64,000 nucleotides of DNA, taken from IMG/VR virus record IMGVR_UViG_3300020434_000055, one strand, 5' to 3'. Within the stretch, counting starts at the first letter, position 1, and the number at the start of each line of letters is the position of its first letter. This stretch comes from a virus. Taxonomy: Duplodnaviria > Caudoviricetes. Below the pieces are notes generated by a model, which worked only from the letters and a program-made list of their open reading frames with translations, was not told the DNA's origin and ran no database searches. Shown piece after piece: positions 39,058 through 49,730 of this stretch. Made by a program: the position numbers and the translations under genes.

Positions 39058-39495
39058 ATGGGAAGACCTCTAAGAGAAGCAAAAGTAGTAGTGGGAGACA
39101 CAGGTAGTACAACTAAAACTGGTCCAACAGGAACAGTATCAGTTGCAGGTGAACAAATTACTATGGACGCTCATATCGGTGGTAGCTCAGCGACAGCTAC
39201 AGCAATGACACAAGTATCAAGTCGTAGATTTAATATTACCAACGCTGGTGGTACTAAAGTTTGTACATTAACAGCAAAGGCATCAAATGCCATTGCGAAT
39301 GGTGAATGTATGCTTTTGCTAACAGATAGTCAAAGTAAAACATATTACGCAAGTAAAATTACGCAAAATTTTGTAACTATTGGCGCACTAGGTACAGGCT
39401 CACCAACTCAATTCGCAGTCGGTACTAGAGTAAAATGGGTAGATGATCAAACATCAGCAACAGTAGATGAAACTGTACAAGTTCCAACTGCTTAA
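39058..39495 (+). CDS. Putative virion protein (MGRP family, paralog 1)
   Basis: Late promoter plus GGGAG SD; T/S/G-rich beta-type composition; similar to 39581-39958 (MGRP start, S.RF, VC.L..K, E.xL). Confidence 0.6.
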   Translation: MGRPLREAKVVVGDTGSTTKTGPTGTVSVAGEQITMDAHIGGSSATATAMTQVSSRRFNITNAGGTKVCTLTAKASNAIANGECMLLLTDSQSKTYYASKITQNFVTIGALGTGSPTQFAVGTRVKWVDDQTSATVDETVQVPTA

Positions 39496-39523
39496 TAATT
39501 AATTTAAAATAGCAACACACTCT

Positions 39524-39552
39524 AAGGGGAAGTTTTTACACTTCCCCTTTTT
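39524..39552 (+). terminator. Intrinsic terminator
   Basis: AAGGGGAAGT-TTTTAC-ACTTCCCCTT followed by a T-run. Confidence 0.85.
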
Positions 39553-39580
39553 GCATAAATAAGTATAATATAATAAGAAT

Positions 39581-39958
39581 ATGGGTAGACCGGTTAATAA
39601 ACGTAATTTTGGACGAATAGATGGCTCAGACAATAATTTTGTTGTCACAGTCAAAGTCGGTTCAAATGCCGTTTCAGCCGTAGGAATTATTAAAAGACAG
39701 CGTGGGTCTAATAAATTTATGGTAGATGACGCAAATAATGATTCCGGTAATGAAGGAGTATGTAGGTTGGTAGACAAAGATATTAATGATTTGAATAATG
39801 ATGAAATGTCTTTAACAGGTTACATAGCTGGAGCCGGTAACGGAGTTAGACTTAGAAAAGTGTTTAATAGAACCGCAAGTGACTTTTCAGGTGTCCGTTA
39901 TAAGTGGTCAATAACAGATGATTCCACTTCTAGCCAAATGGTTTTAACAGCGGTATAG
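39581..39958 (+). CDS. Putative virion protein (MGRP family, paralog 2)
   Basis: TAAATA at 39556-61; paralog of 39058-39495. Confidence 0.6.
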   Translation: MGRPVNKRNFGRIDGSDNNFVVTVKVGSNAVSAVGIIKRQRGSNKFMVDDANNDSGNEGVCRLVDKDINDLNNDEMSLTGYIAGAGNGVRLRKVFNRTASDFSGVRYKWSITDDSTSSQMVLTAV

Positions 39959-39968
39959 GGATTTATAA

Positions 39969-40943
39969 ATGTCAAGATTTGTTACAGTACCAAATGGTGA
40001 TTATAAAATAAAAGTTCAATCTGGAGGAGAAATTACTTTAGATACTGGTGTAACAACTGGTGCTGTTAGAGTAACAGGTGACTTAATTATCGAAGGTACA
40101 AGAACTCAAGTAACGTCAAATGAATTATCTGTTAAAGATAATATTATAGAAGTTAACAGTGGTGAAAATGGCGTAGGTGTAACACTTCTTCAAGCAGGAT
40201 TAAGAATAGACAGAGGTAGTTTAGTTGATACTCAAATACTATTTGACGAACAATTATCTTGGAATAATCCTGATAATCAAACAGTTCAAACAGGTGCTTT
40301 TACATTTGTTGATGTAAATGGAGCATTACTAGGTTTAAGAACTAATAGTATTAGTACTGGTGGAGCACTTTATTTTCAACCAGGTGGAAGTGGTTCTATT
40401 AGAATAATTAAAACAAATTATGAAACTTACGTAACAGACAATAATGATATTCCAAATAAAAAATTCGTTGATGATGAAATTTTAGGTGCAATTCAAAATT
40501 TATCTTATCCATTTATTGCAAATCAAGATTCAGAAATAAGAATTACTGACGGTACAAATCTTTCAAGTGATATTAGCTTTAAAATTGATGGTGTATTAAA
40601 AGCTAAAATGACTGACAACTGGTTTCAAATGTATAATACTACAGTTGATATAGGTCAAATTAGAATAGAAGATAATATTATATCTAATACTGTAAGTAAT
40701 GGTGATTTAAAAATTCATGCACCAGGTACAGGTTCAGTAAAAGTAGATGACTCTTTCACAATTACACATACACCTGGCGTATTAGACCCTGCTACAGACC
40801 CAGCATATGATACTGAAGGTGTTAAATTATATGCTAAATTGCCAGCAGGCGGTAATACTGGGCTATATTATGTAAATACAAATAATGAAAGAGATGAAGT
40901 AATTGGTAGAAATAGATCATTGCTTTTTAGCATGATGTTTTAA
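39969..40943 (+). CDS. Virion structural protein (324 aa)
   Basis: Beta-rich; the IRIEDNIISNTVSNGDLKIHAPGTGSV motif is shared with the fibre proteins downstream. Confidence 0.65.
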   Translation: MSRFVTVPNGDYKIKVQSGGEITLDTGVTTGAVRVTGDLIIEGTRTQVTSNELSVKDNIIEVNSGENGVGVTLLQAGLRIDRGSLVDTQILFDEQLSWNNPDNQTVQTGAFTFVDVNGALLGLRTNSISTGGALYFQPGGSGSIRIIKTNYETYVTDNNDIPNKKFVDDEILGAIQNLSYPFIANQDSEIRITDGTNLSSDISFKIDGVLKAKMTDNWFQMYNTTVDIGQIRIEDNIISNTVSNGDLKIHAPGTGSVKVDDSFTITHTPGVLDPATDPAYDTEGVKLYAKLPAGGNTGLYYVNTNNERDEVIGRNRSLLFSMMF

Positions 40944-40952
40944 GGATAAAAG

Positions 40953-41324
40953 ATGGCTATAACAAATAATGAAATTACAGTAGGATCAACAGTAAACGTT
41001 TTACCAAATAATGCGGCAGTGCCGGCAGGTAAAAATTATGCAATTACCGGATTATTGTTAACTAATATTGGAGCAGAAGATCCAACTGGAGCCAACGATT
41101 CAGTATTCACAATCCACGCAATTGCAAGTGGTGGTGTAGGTGATGCTTCCAATTACATAGTTAATACAGCCTTACTTCCAGGTGCCGAAACATTTACATT
41201 AGATACAGAAAAAATAATATTAGGTGCAGGAGATCATATAGATATTAGTGTTGCAGGAACTGGTCAGGCAGGAAATACTGCGCCAAAAAATGTTTCAGCT
41301 GTTCTTAGTTATTTGGAGGTATAA
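40953..41324 (+). CDS. Small structural protein (123 aa), paralog-like to 48921-49250
   Basis: Similar layout (LxLTNI...N.IV....L......TL...KIIL..GD.I.....VSAVLSYLEV versus VVASYVELT). Confidence 0.55.
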   Translation: MAITNNEITVGSTVNVLPNNAAVPAGKNYAITGLLLTNIGAEDPTGANDSVFTIHAIASGGVGDASNYIVNTALLPGAETFTLDTEKIILGAGDHIDISVAGTGQAGNTAPKNVSAVLSYLEV

Positions 41325-42124
41325 TGAGATACCTAAAAAGACACAACACAAATAGAAGATTACTTCGTGGCAAAGGAATAGTATTTGATCAATACGAAAA
41401 TATCGAAGTACAATCCACAGGAACACTTCAAGTCCCAAAAGGAACAACATTAGAAAGACCCCCATTACCAGTTGTAGGTCAACTACGATATAATACAACA
41501 ACTAAAAATTTCGAAGTTTATGAAGACGTAGCGGCTGGTGGAACCATGTGGAAATCATTTAGATTAAGTGAACCATTTGGAATAACTGTTCAAGCATTAG
41601 GAAACGGAAATGACATCGAAATAAATTTTGGTGCATTAGATTCAAATGATGGTGGTATGAAACAAGAACCAACAACTGCTCAAGCAGTATTAGTAATGAT
41701 TGAAAACGTTTTACAAATTCCAACAACAAATTATATGCTTGTTCAAAATCCTTGTTCTTATGCCAGCTCTTATATAAAAGTAGTTCAAAATTATAATGCT
41801 ACAGGTGTTGGAGCATTTCAAAGTAAAGATTTAGGATTTGTTGATTGGGTAGCAGGTGGATATCATATAGGTCAAGATGTTGTAGTAACAGGAGCAGGTG
41901 TACAAAATAACAATGGAACATGGACAGTTACCGCTGTTACTCAAGAATATTTAAGCGTTGATCAATTACTTACTAATGACACTAATATAGGTAATGCTGT
42001 TTATAGTGTTGCAGGACAAAGTACAATAACAAGTTCGGCCTATCCAACAGGATTTTATCTTACATTTGGTACACCAGTTCCTACTGGAAAACCTATCACA
42101 GTTTTACACAACTTTGACAAATAA
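41324..42124 (+). CDS. Fibre/baseplate-associated structural protein (266 aa)
   Basis: VPKGTTLERP...GQLRYNTTTKNFEVY motif, which recurs in 42165-45050 and 45206-48913. Confidence 0.6.
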   Translation: MRYLKRHNTNRRLLRGKGIVFDQYENIEVQSTGTLQVPKGTTLERPPLPVVGQLRYNTTTKNFEVYEDVAAGGTMWKSFRLSEPFGITVQALGNGNDIEINFGALDSNDGGMKQEPTTAQAVLVMIENVLQIPTTNYMLVQNPCSYASSYIKVVQNYNATGVGAFQSKDLGFVDWVAGGYHIGQDVVVTGAGVQNNNGTWTVTAVTQEYLSVDQLLTNDTNIGNAVYSVAGQSTITSSAYPTGFYLTFGTPVPTGKPITVLHNFDK

Positions 42125-42164
42125 TTAATCCCACAAATACAATAAATACGTAAAAAGGAGTATT

Positions 42165-45050
42165 ATGCCTTATCCAACACAATACGGTAGAATATCGGGA
42201 CCATTACTTAGAGAGAATCTAACTAGATCTTCTGATCTAGCATTTGAAACAGATTTACTCTTTATAGGGCATACTAATGACAAAATAGGAATTAGAACAG
42301 ATGCTCCTACAAGAGAATTAACTATAGTTGGTACAACTAAAATTCCTCAAGATTTACTTGCAACAAATAGTACTACATTTGGCAATATGTTGTTTGACCA
42401 AGATGGTATTAGAGCTTTAACAGGACCTATTACAATATCAACTGGTGCTGGTGGATCTATAAATTATGATGAATTAAGAACAGAACATATTTCTTTTACA
42501 AATAGCACAATAAAAGCATTTAATACAAATTCAGATATTGAATTTCATCCAGGACCTGGAGGATTATTTAGAATTACAGGTGGACTTAAAACTATTAATG
42601 ATAGTGATATTCATGCTACAGGAGATATTACATTTGATGGTAATGTTTTTATAGGTGGAGATTCAGACGAAGATACTATAAAATTTGAAGGTGATATAAC
42701 TTCAAACTTAAATCCAGATCAATCATTAACATATGATATAGGTGAAAATTCAAAAAGATGGGGATACTTCCACGTAAAAAGTATGCCTAACTTAAACAAT
42801 ATTACTATTGATAACTTTATAAGTTTGAATGGTGTAGCTGTTAACTTAGGTATAACAAACAAATGGTATGTTACTACAGATGGTACTGATTCTTTATCAG
42901 GTACTCACCCTAACTTTGCATTTGGAACTATCAAACACACATTAGATCAACTAGAATCAAGTACAGGTGGCCCACATGAAATTCATGTTTTTCCAGGAAC
43001 ATATGAAGAAAATTTTCCAATGGAAATTCCTGAAAATGTTACTATAAAAGGTGTAGGTCAAGGAACTGTTCTTATAAAATCTCCAGTTATAACTGGTGAT
43101 ACAGCATTTTATTTAAATGATAATACTTCTGTACAAAATGTTACAATTGATGTTACTGGAAGTAACGCCGCTTTTAGATTTGCCACAGGAACCAGTTCTG
43201 TTATAAACACAGGACCTTACATAGCAGACGTTAAAGTAAAAGGTCTTTTAGGTGTTTTGAATGCTGAGCAAACTAATAGTGCTACCTATCCACCAGCACC
43301 AGGTTCTCAACCTAGTATAACATTTAAAAATGTTGATTGTAATTATGGTGGTGGTAGTGGCTCGGCAATTCTAGCATCAAATGGTGTACGAGTAGAAATG
43401 ATAGACTGTACTATTGAAAATGCTAACAGTGTAATTTCTGCATCTCATGGACTTTTTGGTTTTGGAAATTTTGCTTATTCAGGTAACCCTTCTCATGATA
43501 ATTCTGATCACATATATGGTACAGATATAAGAGCAGTAGGATGTATATTTCGAGATATAACAGATGCAGTAATTCAAGCAGGTTATCATGGCCATGTAGG
43601 TGATGATATTCTAATTAATCTTATTGGTTGTACATTTATTAATGTAGAACAAACTACATCAATAACTGAGTGTCTTGATAATAAGAATCCTATAATATAC
43701 ACAAACATATTTGATGATAAAGGTATTTTTAGAATGGGGCAGGAAGAAGTTACTATATCTTCTGGAGATATACCTACTCCATATAATTTAACAATAAGAG
43801 ATGATGAAACTACTTTTAAATCAAGTTCAATGACTTTAGAATATTCTCATATAAATTTTAGAGCTCCTGATAGTACATTCATTGCTAGTGATTGGGTAGA
43901 AGCAGGTGATTTTACTCTTACAGAAAATACAATCCAAAGTAATTTTGGAGATATGAATTTAAAAGCAACATCTGGAACAACTAATATTCAAACAGATACA
44001 AAAATTCATTCAGATCTAGATGTAACAGGAAATACTATAATAGGTGGATCAATGATTACTTTAGGTGATCAGCCAACAGATACTATTGATTTTTCTATGC
44101 AAATGACACAAGATTTAATGCCTACTGGAAGTACTGTACAAAATTTAGGATCAGCAACTAAAAATTGGTTTAAAACTAATTTTTCTACAGTAGATGTTGG
44201 AGACATTACTGCTTACAATAATGTTATGACTACAACTGTATCTAATGCTGATTTAGAAATGAGAGGCAGTGGTACTGGTAATGTTATTGCAGTTGATTTA
44301 ACATTTGGAACAGGAATTGATTCTCCAAATGATATAGTTTTAGATGCAGGATCATCAACAGTTACAATTGATAGTACATCAGCATTGAATCTTCCTACAG
44401 GTACATCTGCACAAAGACAAGCACTAACTAGGGAATTAAGATTTAATACAGACACAAATTTATATGAAACTCATTCAACAGGAGTAGCCCACGTTGGCGG
44501 CGTTAGAGATGCCGATTTAGACACATATATTGATGTATCTAGCAATAATGAAATGACATTTTATGGTGGTGGTAATAACATTGCTACTTTAGATGGAGCA
44601 GGAGTATTAACAGCAACAAAATTTAGTAGTCAAGATGAATTTGCACTTGACGGAAATTCAGTAACTGTTGGAAGTCCAGGAGCTGAAGCAGGATTAGAAG
44701 CAAATGGAAGTGGTAAAGTAATATTAGATACATCTAATTTTACAATGTCAGGAGGTGTACTTCTTAACACAGAAAGTGGTAGTGATACAGTTTTTACAGG
44801 AACAGGATTAAAAATAGATAGATCTATTAAAGTTGACGCTCCAGCAATAAAATTTGGTAGTGGTACATCAGCAGAACAACAACAAAAAGCTGATTTAAGA
44901 CAGGGTGAATTGTTCTGGAATACAGATGTTAGTATTCTTCAAGTTTACACAGGAGTAGATTGGAAGTCTGCAACAGGGCAAGAAGAATCTCAAATAACCA
45001 TCGAAGATTTAGAAGCAATTAACTTAACATATAACTTAATAATTAATTAA
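42165..45050 (+). CDS. Tail fibre/appendage-like protein with a right-handed beta-helix region (961 aa)
   Basis: N-terminus GRISGPLLRENL..DLAFETDLL is paralogous to the next gene; WYVTTDGTDSLSG....AFGTIKHTL then VFPGTYEE beta-helix entry motif; PTGTSAQR/RFNTDT repeats. Confidence 0.65.
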   Translation: MPYPTQYGRISGPLLRENLTRSSDLAFETDLLFIGHTNDKIGIRTDAPTRELTIVGTTKIPQDLLATNSTTFGNMLFDQDGIRALTGPITISTGAGGSINYDELRTEHISFTNSTIKAFNTNSDIEFHPGPGGLFRITGGLKTINDSDIHATGDITFDGNVFIGGDSDEDTIKFEGDITSNLNPDQSLTYDIGENSKRWGYFHVKSMPNLNNITIDNFISLNGVAVNLGITNKWYVTTDGTDSLSGTHPNFAFGTIKHTLDQLESSTGGPHEIHVFPGTYEENFPMEIPENVTIKGVGQGTVLIKSPVITGDTAFYLNDNTSVQNVTIDVTGSNAAFRFATGTSSVINTGPYIADVKVKGLLGVLNAEQTNSATYPPAPGSQPSITFKNVDCNYGGGSGSAILASNGVRVEMIDCTIENANSVISASHGLFGFGNFAYSGNPSHDNSDHIYGTDIRAVGCIFRDITDAVIQAGYHGHVGDDILINLIGCTFINVEQTTSITECLDNKNPIIYTNIFDDKGIFRMGQEEVTISSGDIPTPYNLTIRDDETTFKSSSMTLEYSHINFRAPDSTFIASDWVEAGDFTLTENTIQSNFGDMNLKATSGTTNIQTDTKIHSDLDVTGNTIIGGSMITLGDQPTDTIDFSMQMTQDLMPTGSTVQNLGSATKNWFKTNFSTVDVGDITAYNNVMTTTVSNADLEMRGSGTGNVIAVDLTFGTGIDSPNDIVLDAGSSTVTIDSTSALNLPTGTSAQRQALTRELRFNTDTNLYETHSTGVAHVGGVRDADLDTYIDVSSNNEMTFYGGGNNIATLDGAGVLTATKFSSQDEFALDGNSVTVGSPGAEAGLEANGSGKVILDTSNFTMSGGVLLNTESGSDTVFTGTGLKIDRSIKVDAPAIKFGSGTSAEQQQKADLRQGELFWNTDVSILQVYTGVDWKSATGQEESQITIEDLEAINLTYNLIIN

Positions 45051-45089
45051 GCAATATTCTAGCATACTACTACCTAATATCAAAATCCG

Positions 45090-45097
45090 TATAAATA
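45090..45097 (+). promoter_or_regulatory. Perfect T4 late promoter TATAAATA
   Basis: Exact T4 consensus, 108 nt upstream of ATG 45206. Confidence 0.8.
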
Positions 45098-45205
45098 GTA
45101 TTAATGTTTAAATTAGACCATATTTTAGACAGGACAAACTGTGGTTCAACCCGCAAGGTAATGTGGTTGGTGGGACAAGATCCCCGTGCTATAAGGAGAT
45201 AGAGA

Positions 45206-48200
45206 ATGGCCGTTGGTCGAATTTCGGGACAGCTCTTAAAGTCCAACTTGCTTCGTAATGGAGTAAACCTGGCCTTCGAGACTGATCTTTTATACATTGA
45301 TGTTAATAATTCTCGAATAGGAGTGAAAACTGCTACTCCTCAATATCCATTAGACATAAATGGAACAGCACGTACAACAAATTTAGAAGTCACAAATCAA
45401 GCAGTAATCAACAATATCACAATTGGTGCTAATACAATATCAACTACTGCATCAGTTCTTAATATTACTTCACCAGACAGTATATTATACAATAATAAAC
45501 TAGTAATAGATGACCTTATAATTGAAGGTAACACTATTACAGCCACAGAGTCTAATCAAAATTTTGAAATTATAACAAGTGGTACAGGTATTGTACACGT
45601 AGATGCTGATATGAGAGTGGAAGGTAATATCCACGCTACAGGAGATATCAGAGCAGATGGTGATATTCAAATAGGTGACGCAGATACAGATTCAATTTCT
45701 ATTGCGGCAGATTTTACAAGTAATATTACTCCAGATTTAACTGACACATATAATATGGGTTCCGCAGGAAAAAGGTGGAATGACGTATTTGCAAATAATT
45801 TAATTGTAGATAATCTTACATTGAATGGTAACATTACTGTACAAGGTCTTGACTTAACAGCCAGACCAGGTAAAATTTATTATGTTGCAACTAATGGTGA
45901 TGATGCTAAAACAGGAACTCACCAAAATGATCCTTTTGAAACAGTTAAAAAAGCAACAGAAACAGCAACAAATGGAGATTTAATTTATGTTTATCCGGGA
46001 ACATATGTAGAAATTTTTCCATTAACAATTCCATCTGGAGTATCAATAAGAGGAGATGGAGTTAGAGCAGTTTTAATTACACCACATCCAAGTGTAATAG
46101 ATAAAGATGCATTTCTTCTTAATGGTGAAACTACTATAGAAGATTTAACTGTTACAGGTTTTCGTTATGATAGTGCAGGTAATACAGGACACGCATTTAG
46201 ATTTAACACAGGTGCAGATAGCACTTATTTTGCACTTACTAGTGATATTCCTTTAATTAAAAATGTTTCAGTTATTACAGAAGGATCTGTAACGTCAGAG
46301 TCTGATCCAAGAGGATTTGATCAAGGAGATGCAGGAAAAGCCGCATTACTTGATGGATCAGTTATTTCAGGAGCTGACTTAGAACTTAGAGTTAGATTTC
46401 AAAATTGTACATTTATTACTCCAGGTATGAATGCATTAACAGTAACAAATGGTGTAAGAGTAGATTGGATTAATTCATTTACATATTTTGCAGATGAAGG
46501 AATTAGAATTGAAGATGGTCCTACAGGAATAGCGGCGGCAGGAGAAACAAAAATAAAATATGCACAATTAGTAGGATCTACTCCAACGGCTACTGAAACA
46601 ATTACTTACTATGATACAAATGGATCTACAAAATTAGGAGAAGCAACAATTAATTCAATTGATGGAAATGGAACATTACATATTACTGGAAAATCTACAG
46701 GATTTGCACTAGCATCTACAAGAACAGTTAAAAAAGTTATACCAACAGGAACTACAATAGATTCTTCAACTAAAAAATATGGAAGTGGAAGTTTTAAAAA
46801 TGGTTTTATAAATGCAAATACAGATCATTTAAAAGTTGAAGGACATACAGATTTTGGTTTTGGTACTGGAGATTTTCAAATAGAAGGATGGTTTAATCCA
46901 TCATCAGTACAAAGTAAAACTTTATTTAAAATAGGTAGACTTGAAGTTGATTTAAGTGGTAATGCTCCAAGAGTTAGACTTGATGGAAATGTTGTTGTAA
47001 CTTCTGGAACAGGTCTTAATATTAATTCTTGGACACATTTAGTTGTAATGAGACAAAGTGGTAACTTAAGAATGTTCATTGGTGGTAATAATGAAGTAGA
47101 TCAAAATGGTTGGAGTGCAGATTTAAAAAGTGCAAGTCCAGTTTATATTGGAAATAATGATATTTTTACTTCAGCTTTTTATGGTCATATAGATGATATT
47201 AGAATAATCAACGGTAGTACAACATATACAGCAAATTTCACACCGCCTAGTTCACAATTAGTTAGTACAGATGTTTCGCAAGAAACTGTATTAATGTTAA
47301 ATGGTAATGACTTTTCAGACAATGGAACTAGAGGACAAGACATTAGATTTTCAGGTGGTTCAACTGCTTCAGAAATTACTTTAGCTGATTATTCAGACTT
47401 TGGATCAGATTTTAGAAGTATGTCGAGTACATCTGTTTATGGAAATAAAGGAATTGTTGCACAAGGTCCTGGTGCAAATGTAACTTTAGTTAATCATAAT
47501 TTTGCATATATAGGTAGCGGTAAAAGTTATGAAAATGATGATACAGCGGCTATTCAAGCAAATGAAGTTGTAGCAACAAATAGTGCAAAAGTAAATTACA
47601 ATTCAACTGATCAAAGTGGTGATTTTAGACTTGGTGAATTATTTCATGTTAATCAAAAAACAGGTGTAGTAGAATTTAAAAGTGCTGATATAAGAATAGA
47701 CACTGCAGGTTCTATGACAATTAATAATGGTTCAGACGCAACAGTAATAGATTCAACAAAAATAGAAACAAATAAATTAAGAATGAGTGGACAAACTATT
47801 CAAAGTCTTGCAGGGGATCTTAATCTTAATTCATCTAGTAATTTAATTAATATATTGAATAATGTTAATATTCAAGGTCATTTAGAAGTTGTAGGTAATA
47901 TAACAATAGGTGGTAACATAACAATAGGTGATGAAACTACTGATACTGTTACTATTACAGCAGGAATAGGAAGTGATATGACGCCTGCAATAGATAATAC
48001 ATATAATCTTGGTAGTTCAATTAATAGATGGAATACATTATTTGCAAATCAAATGCAAATAGATAGTATTAATATTACTAATAATGTAATAACAACTACA
48101 GACAGTAATGCTGATTTAGAATTAAGAGCAAATGGAACTGGCGGAATTAGATTAGAATCATTTAGATTTGATCAAAGTACTATTACTAATGATTCAGGAG

Positions 48201-48913
48201 ATATGACACTTACTCCTGCATCTGGAGTAGCAAGAGTTGATGGTACTGGAAGTATAAGAATTTCTTCAGGTACAACTGCACAAAGACCTGGAACTCCTGT
48301 TGCAGGTATGATACGTTATAATACAGATACAAGTTTATTTGAAGGTTATGATGGATCTATTTGGATAGCACTAACAGGTGTATATGACATAGATAGAGAC
48401 ACTTACATAACAGCAGAACTTACACCAGGTGCAGATGATGATACTATTAGATTTTATGCTGGTGGAACTTTAGTTGCAAATGTAAATTCTACAAGATTTG
48501 ATATAACAAAATTAATAGTAGATGACATAGAAATTAGTGGAAATACCTTAAAAACTACTGGGGTAAACCAGGATTTAATATTGAATGCAAACGGAACAGG
48601 TAGTATTAGGATTGAAGACTTTAAATTCGAAGGAAATACGATAACTAATACTATATCGGACCCTATCGTAATAAGAACGAGTGGAAATGGGTATGTAGAC
48701 GTTTCAGATGCTGGAGGATTTGTACTTCCTTCAGGAACTGTAGTAGATAGACCTGCTGTTGCAGAGTTGGGTATGACAAGATACAATACTCAAGATAGCA
48801 GGGTAGAACTTTATGATGGAAATCAATGGGGTTCTATTGCAGGTTCTTCTGGTGCAATTAGTGTATTAGATGCTACTGAAATTTCAATAACATACGCGAT
48901 AGCTTTAGGATAA
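45206..48913 (+). CDS. Tail fibre/appendage-like protein with beta-helix and LamG/ConA-like lectin domains (1235 aa)
   Basis: YVATNGDD...DPFETVKKA / YPGTYVE beta-helix entry; DFGFGTGDFQIEGWF...WTHLVVMR...FYGHIDDIRI LamG-like motifs; GTTAQRP..GMIRYNT repeats. Confidence 0.7.
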   Translation: MAVGRISGQLLKSNLLRNGVNLAFETDLLYIDVNNSRIGVKTATPQYPLDINGTARTTNLEVTNQAVINNITIGANTISTTASVLNITSPDSILYNNKLVIDDLIIEGNTITATESNQNFEIITSGTGIVHVDADMRVEGNIHATGDIRADGDIQIGDADTDSISIAADFTSNITPDLTDTYNMGSAGKRWNDVFANNLIVDNLTLNGNITVQGLDLTARPGKIYYVATNGDDAKTGTHQNDPFETVKKATETATNGDLIYVYPGTYVEIFPLTIPSGVSIRGDGVRAVLITPHPSVIDKDAFLLNGETTIEDLTVTGFRYDSAGNTGHAFRFNTGADSTYFALTSDIPLIKNVSVITEGSVTSESDPRGFDQGDAGKAALLDGSVISGADLELRVRFQNCTFITPGMNALTVTNGVRVDWINSFTYFADEGIRIEDGPTGIAAAGETKIKYAQLVGSTPTATETITYYDTNGSTKLGEATINSIDGNGTLHITGKSTGFALASTRTVKKVIPTGTTIDSSTKKYGSGSFKNGFINANTDHLKVEGHTDFGFGTGDFQIEGWFNPSSVQSKTLFKIGRLEVDLSGNAPRVRLDGNVVVTSGTGLNINSWTHLVVMRQSGNLRMFIGGNNEVDQNGWSADLKSASPVYIGNNDIFTSAFYGHIDDIRIINGSTTYTANFTPPSSQLVSTDVSQETVLMLNGNDFSDNGTRGQDIRFSGGSTASEITLADYSDFGSDFRSMSSTSVYGNKGIVAQGPGANVTLVNHNFAYIGSGKSYENDDTAAIQANEVVATNSAKVNYNSTDQSGDFRLGELFHVNQKTGVVEFKSADIRIDTAGSMTINNGSDATVIDSTKIETNKLRMSGQTIQSLAGDLNLNSSSNLINILNNVNIQGHLEVVGNITIGGNITIGDETTDTVTITAGIGSDMTPAIDNTYNLGSSINRWNTLFANQMQIDSINITNNVITTTDSNADLELRANGTGGIRLESFRFDQSTITNDSGDMTLTPASGVARVDGTGSIRISSGTTAQRPGTPVAGMIRYNTDTSLFEGYDGSIWIALTGVYDIDRDTYITAELTPGADDDTIRFYAGGTLVANVNSTRFDITKLIVDDIEISGNTLKTTGVNQDLILNANGTGSIRIEDFKFEGNTITNTISDPIVIRTSGNGYVDVSDAGGFVLPSGTVVDRPAVAELGMTRYNTQDSRVELYDGNQWGSIAGSSGAISVLDATEISITYAIALG

Positions 48914-48920
48914 AATAGAG

Positions 48921-49250
48921 ATGGCAACATATTTTAAAAATGCAATAGTAAAAAACATTGGAACACTACCGGTGACAATTTATACGCCACCTGTAGGAAC
49001 TAATGCAATTGTGTTGGGTCTTAATCTTGCAAATTTAATATCTAGTGTAGTAAAAGTTAGTGTAACATTACAAGACCTTACTAGTGCGTCAGGATTTCTT
49101 ATTAAAGATGTAATGATTGCACCTAATTCGAGTTTAAGAGTTTTAAGTGCTGGAGAAAAATTAATAGTAGCGGCTCAAAGCACGTTATCAGTAAATTCTG
49201 ATATTACTGATTCTGTAGATGTAGTCGCAAGTTATGTGGAGTTAACGTAA
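48921..49250 (+). CDS. Small structural protein (109 aa)
   Basis: Beta-rich ORF in the fibre operon; paralog-like to 40953-41324. Confidence 0.6.
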   Translation: MATYFKNAIVKNIGTLPVTIYTPPVGTNAIVLGLNLANLISSVVKVSVTLQDLTSASGFLIKDVMIAPNSSLRVLSAGEKLIVAAQSTLSVNSDITDSVDVVASYVELT

Positions 49251-49251
49251 A

Positions 49252-49710
49252 ATGAGTGCAATAGGACAAGGAGTATCAGCATATTTAAAAGCCGGAGTTA
49301 AAGATAGATATTTTTACGGTTTAAGAAGAACTGATGAAGGTGAACTATATATAGGAAAAGTTGACCAAATGTTAACTGGCGATGGTGTATCAGTTAATGT
49401 TCCTGGAGATCCTGCAAAGAATTTTAGTGAGTTTGACCAAGGACAAGATTTTTATGAAGGCAGAGGACCTAACCATGATAAGGTTTTTGCAAATTTAAAA
49501 TATGAACAATTTAGATGGGATGATGTTAATTTAAATTATTATGTTAATAGTGAAGGAGAACTAGTAGTAAGAATTAATAGCCAACAAACTGATGGAACAG
49601 TGGCATATCCTAATACAGATGAACAAGTTGTATATGATAAAACTATATTTTCTTTTGATAGAGACGTATACTACTTTGATAGTAATGAAGTAACATTTGA
49701 CAAACATTAA
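49252..49710 (+). CDS. Small fibre-associated protein (152 aa), paralog of 52329-52676
   Basis: Shared RYFYGLRRT.EGEL.I.KVD...YEQ..WD....YYVN.EGELV.RIN. Confidence 0.7.
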   Translation: MSAIGQGVSAYLKAGVKDRYFYGLRRTDEGELYIGKVDQMLTGDGVSVNVPGDPAKNFSEFDQGQDFYEGRGPNHDKVFANLKYEQFRWDDVNLNYYVNSEGELVVRINSQQTDGTVAYPNTDEQVVYDKTIFSFDRDVYYFDSNEVTFDKH

Positions 49711-49730
49711 GGAGACATGGGAGCAAACAA

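Noticed and set aside
45129-45160. Resemblance of AGGACAAAC...CGCAA to the c-di-GMP-I riboswitch
   Set aside because: The P2 helix required after GCAAA cannot form; it is kept only as an unassigned leader.
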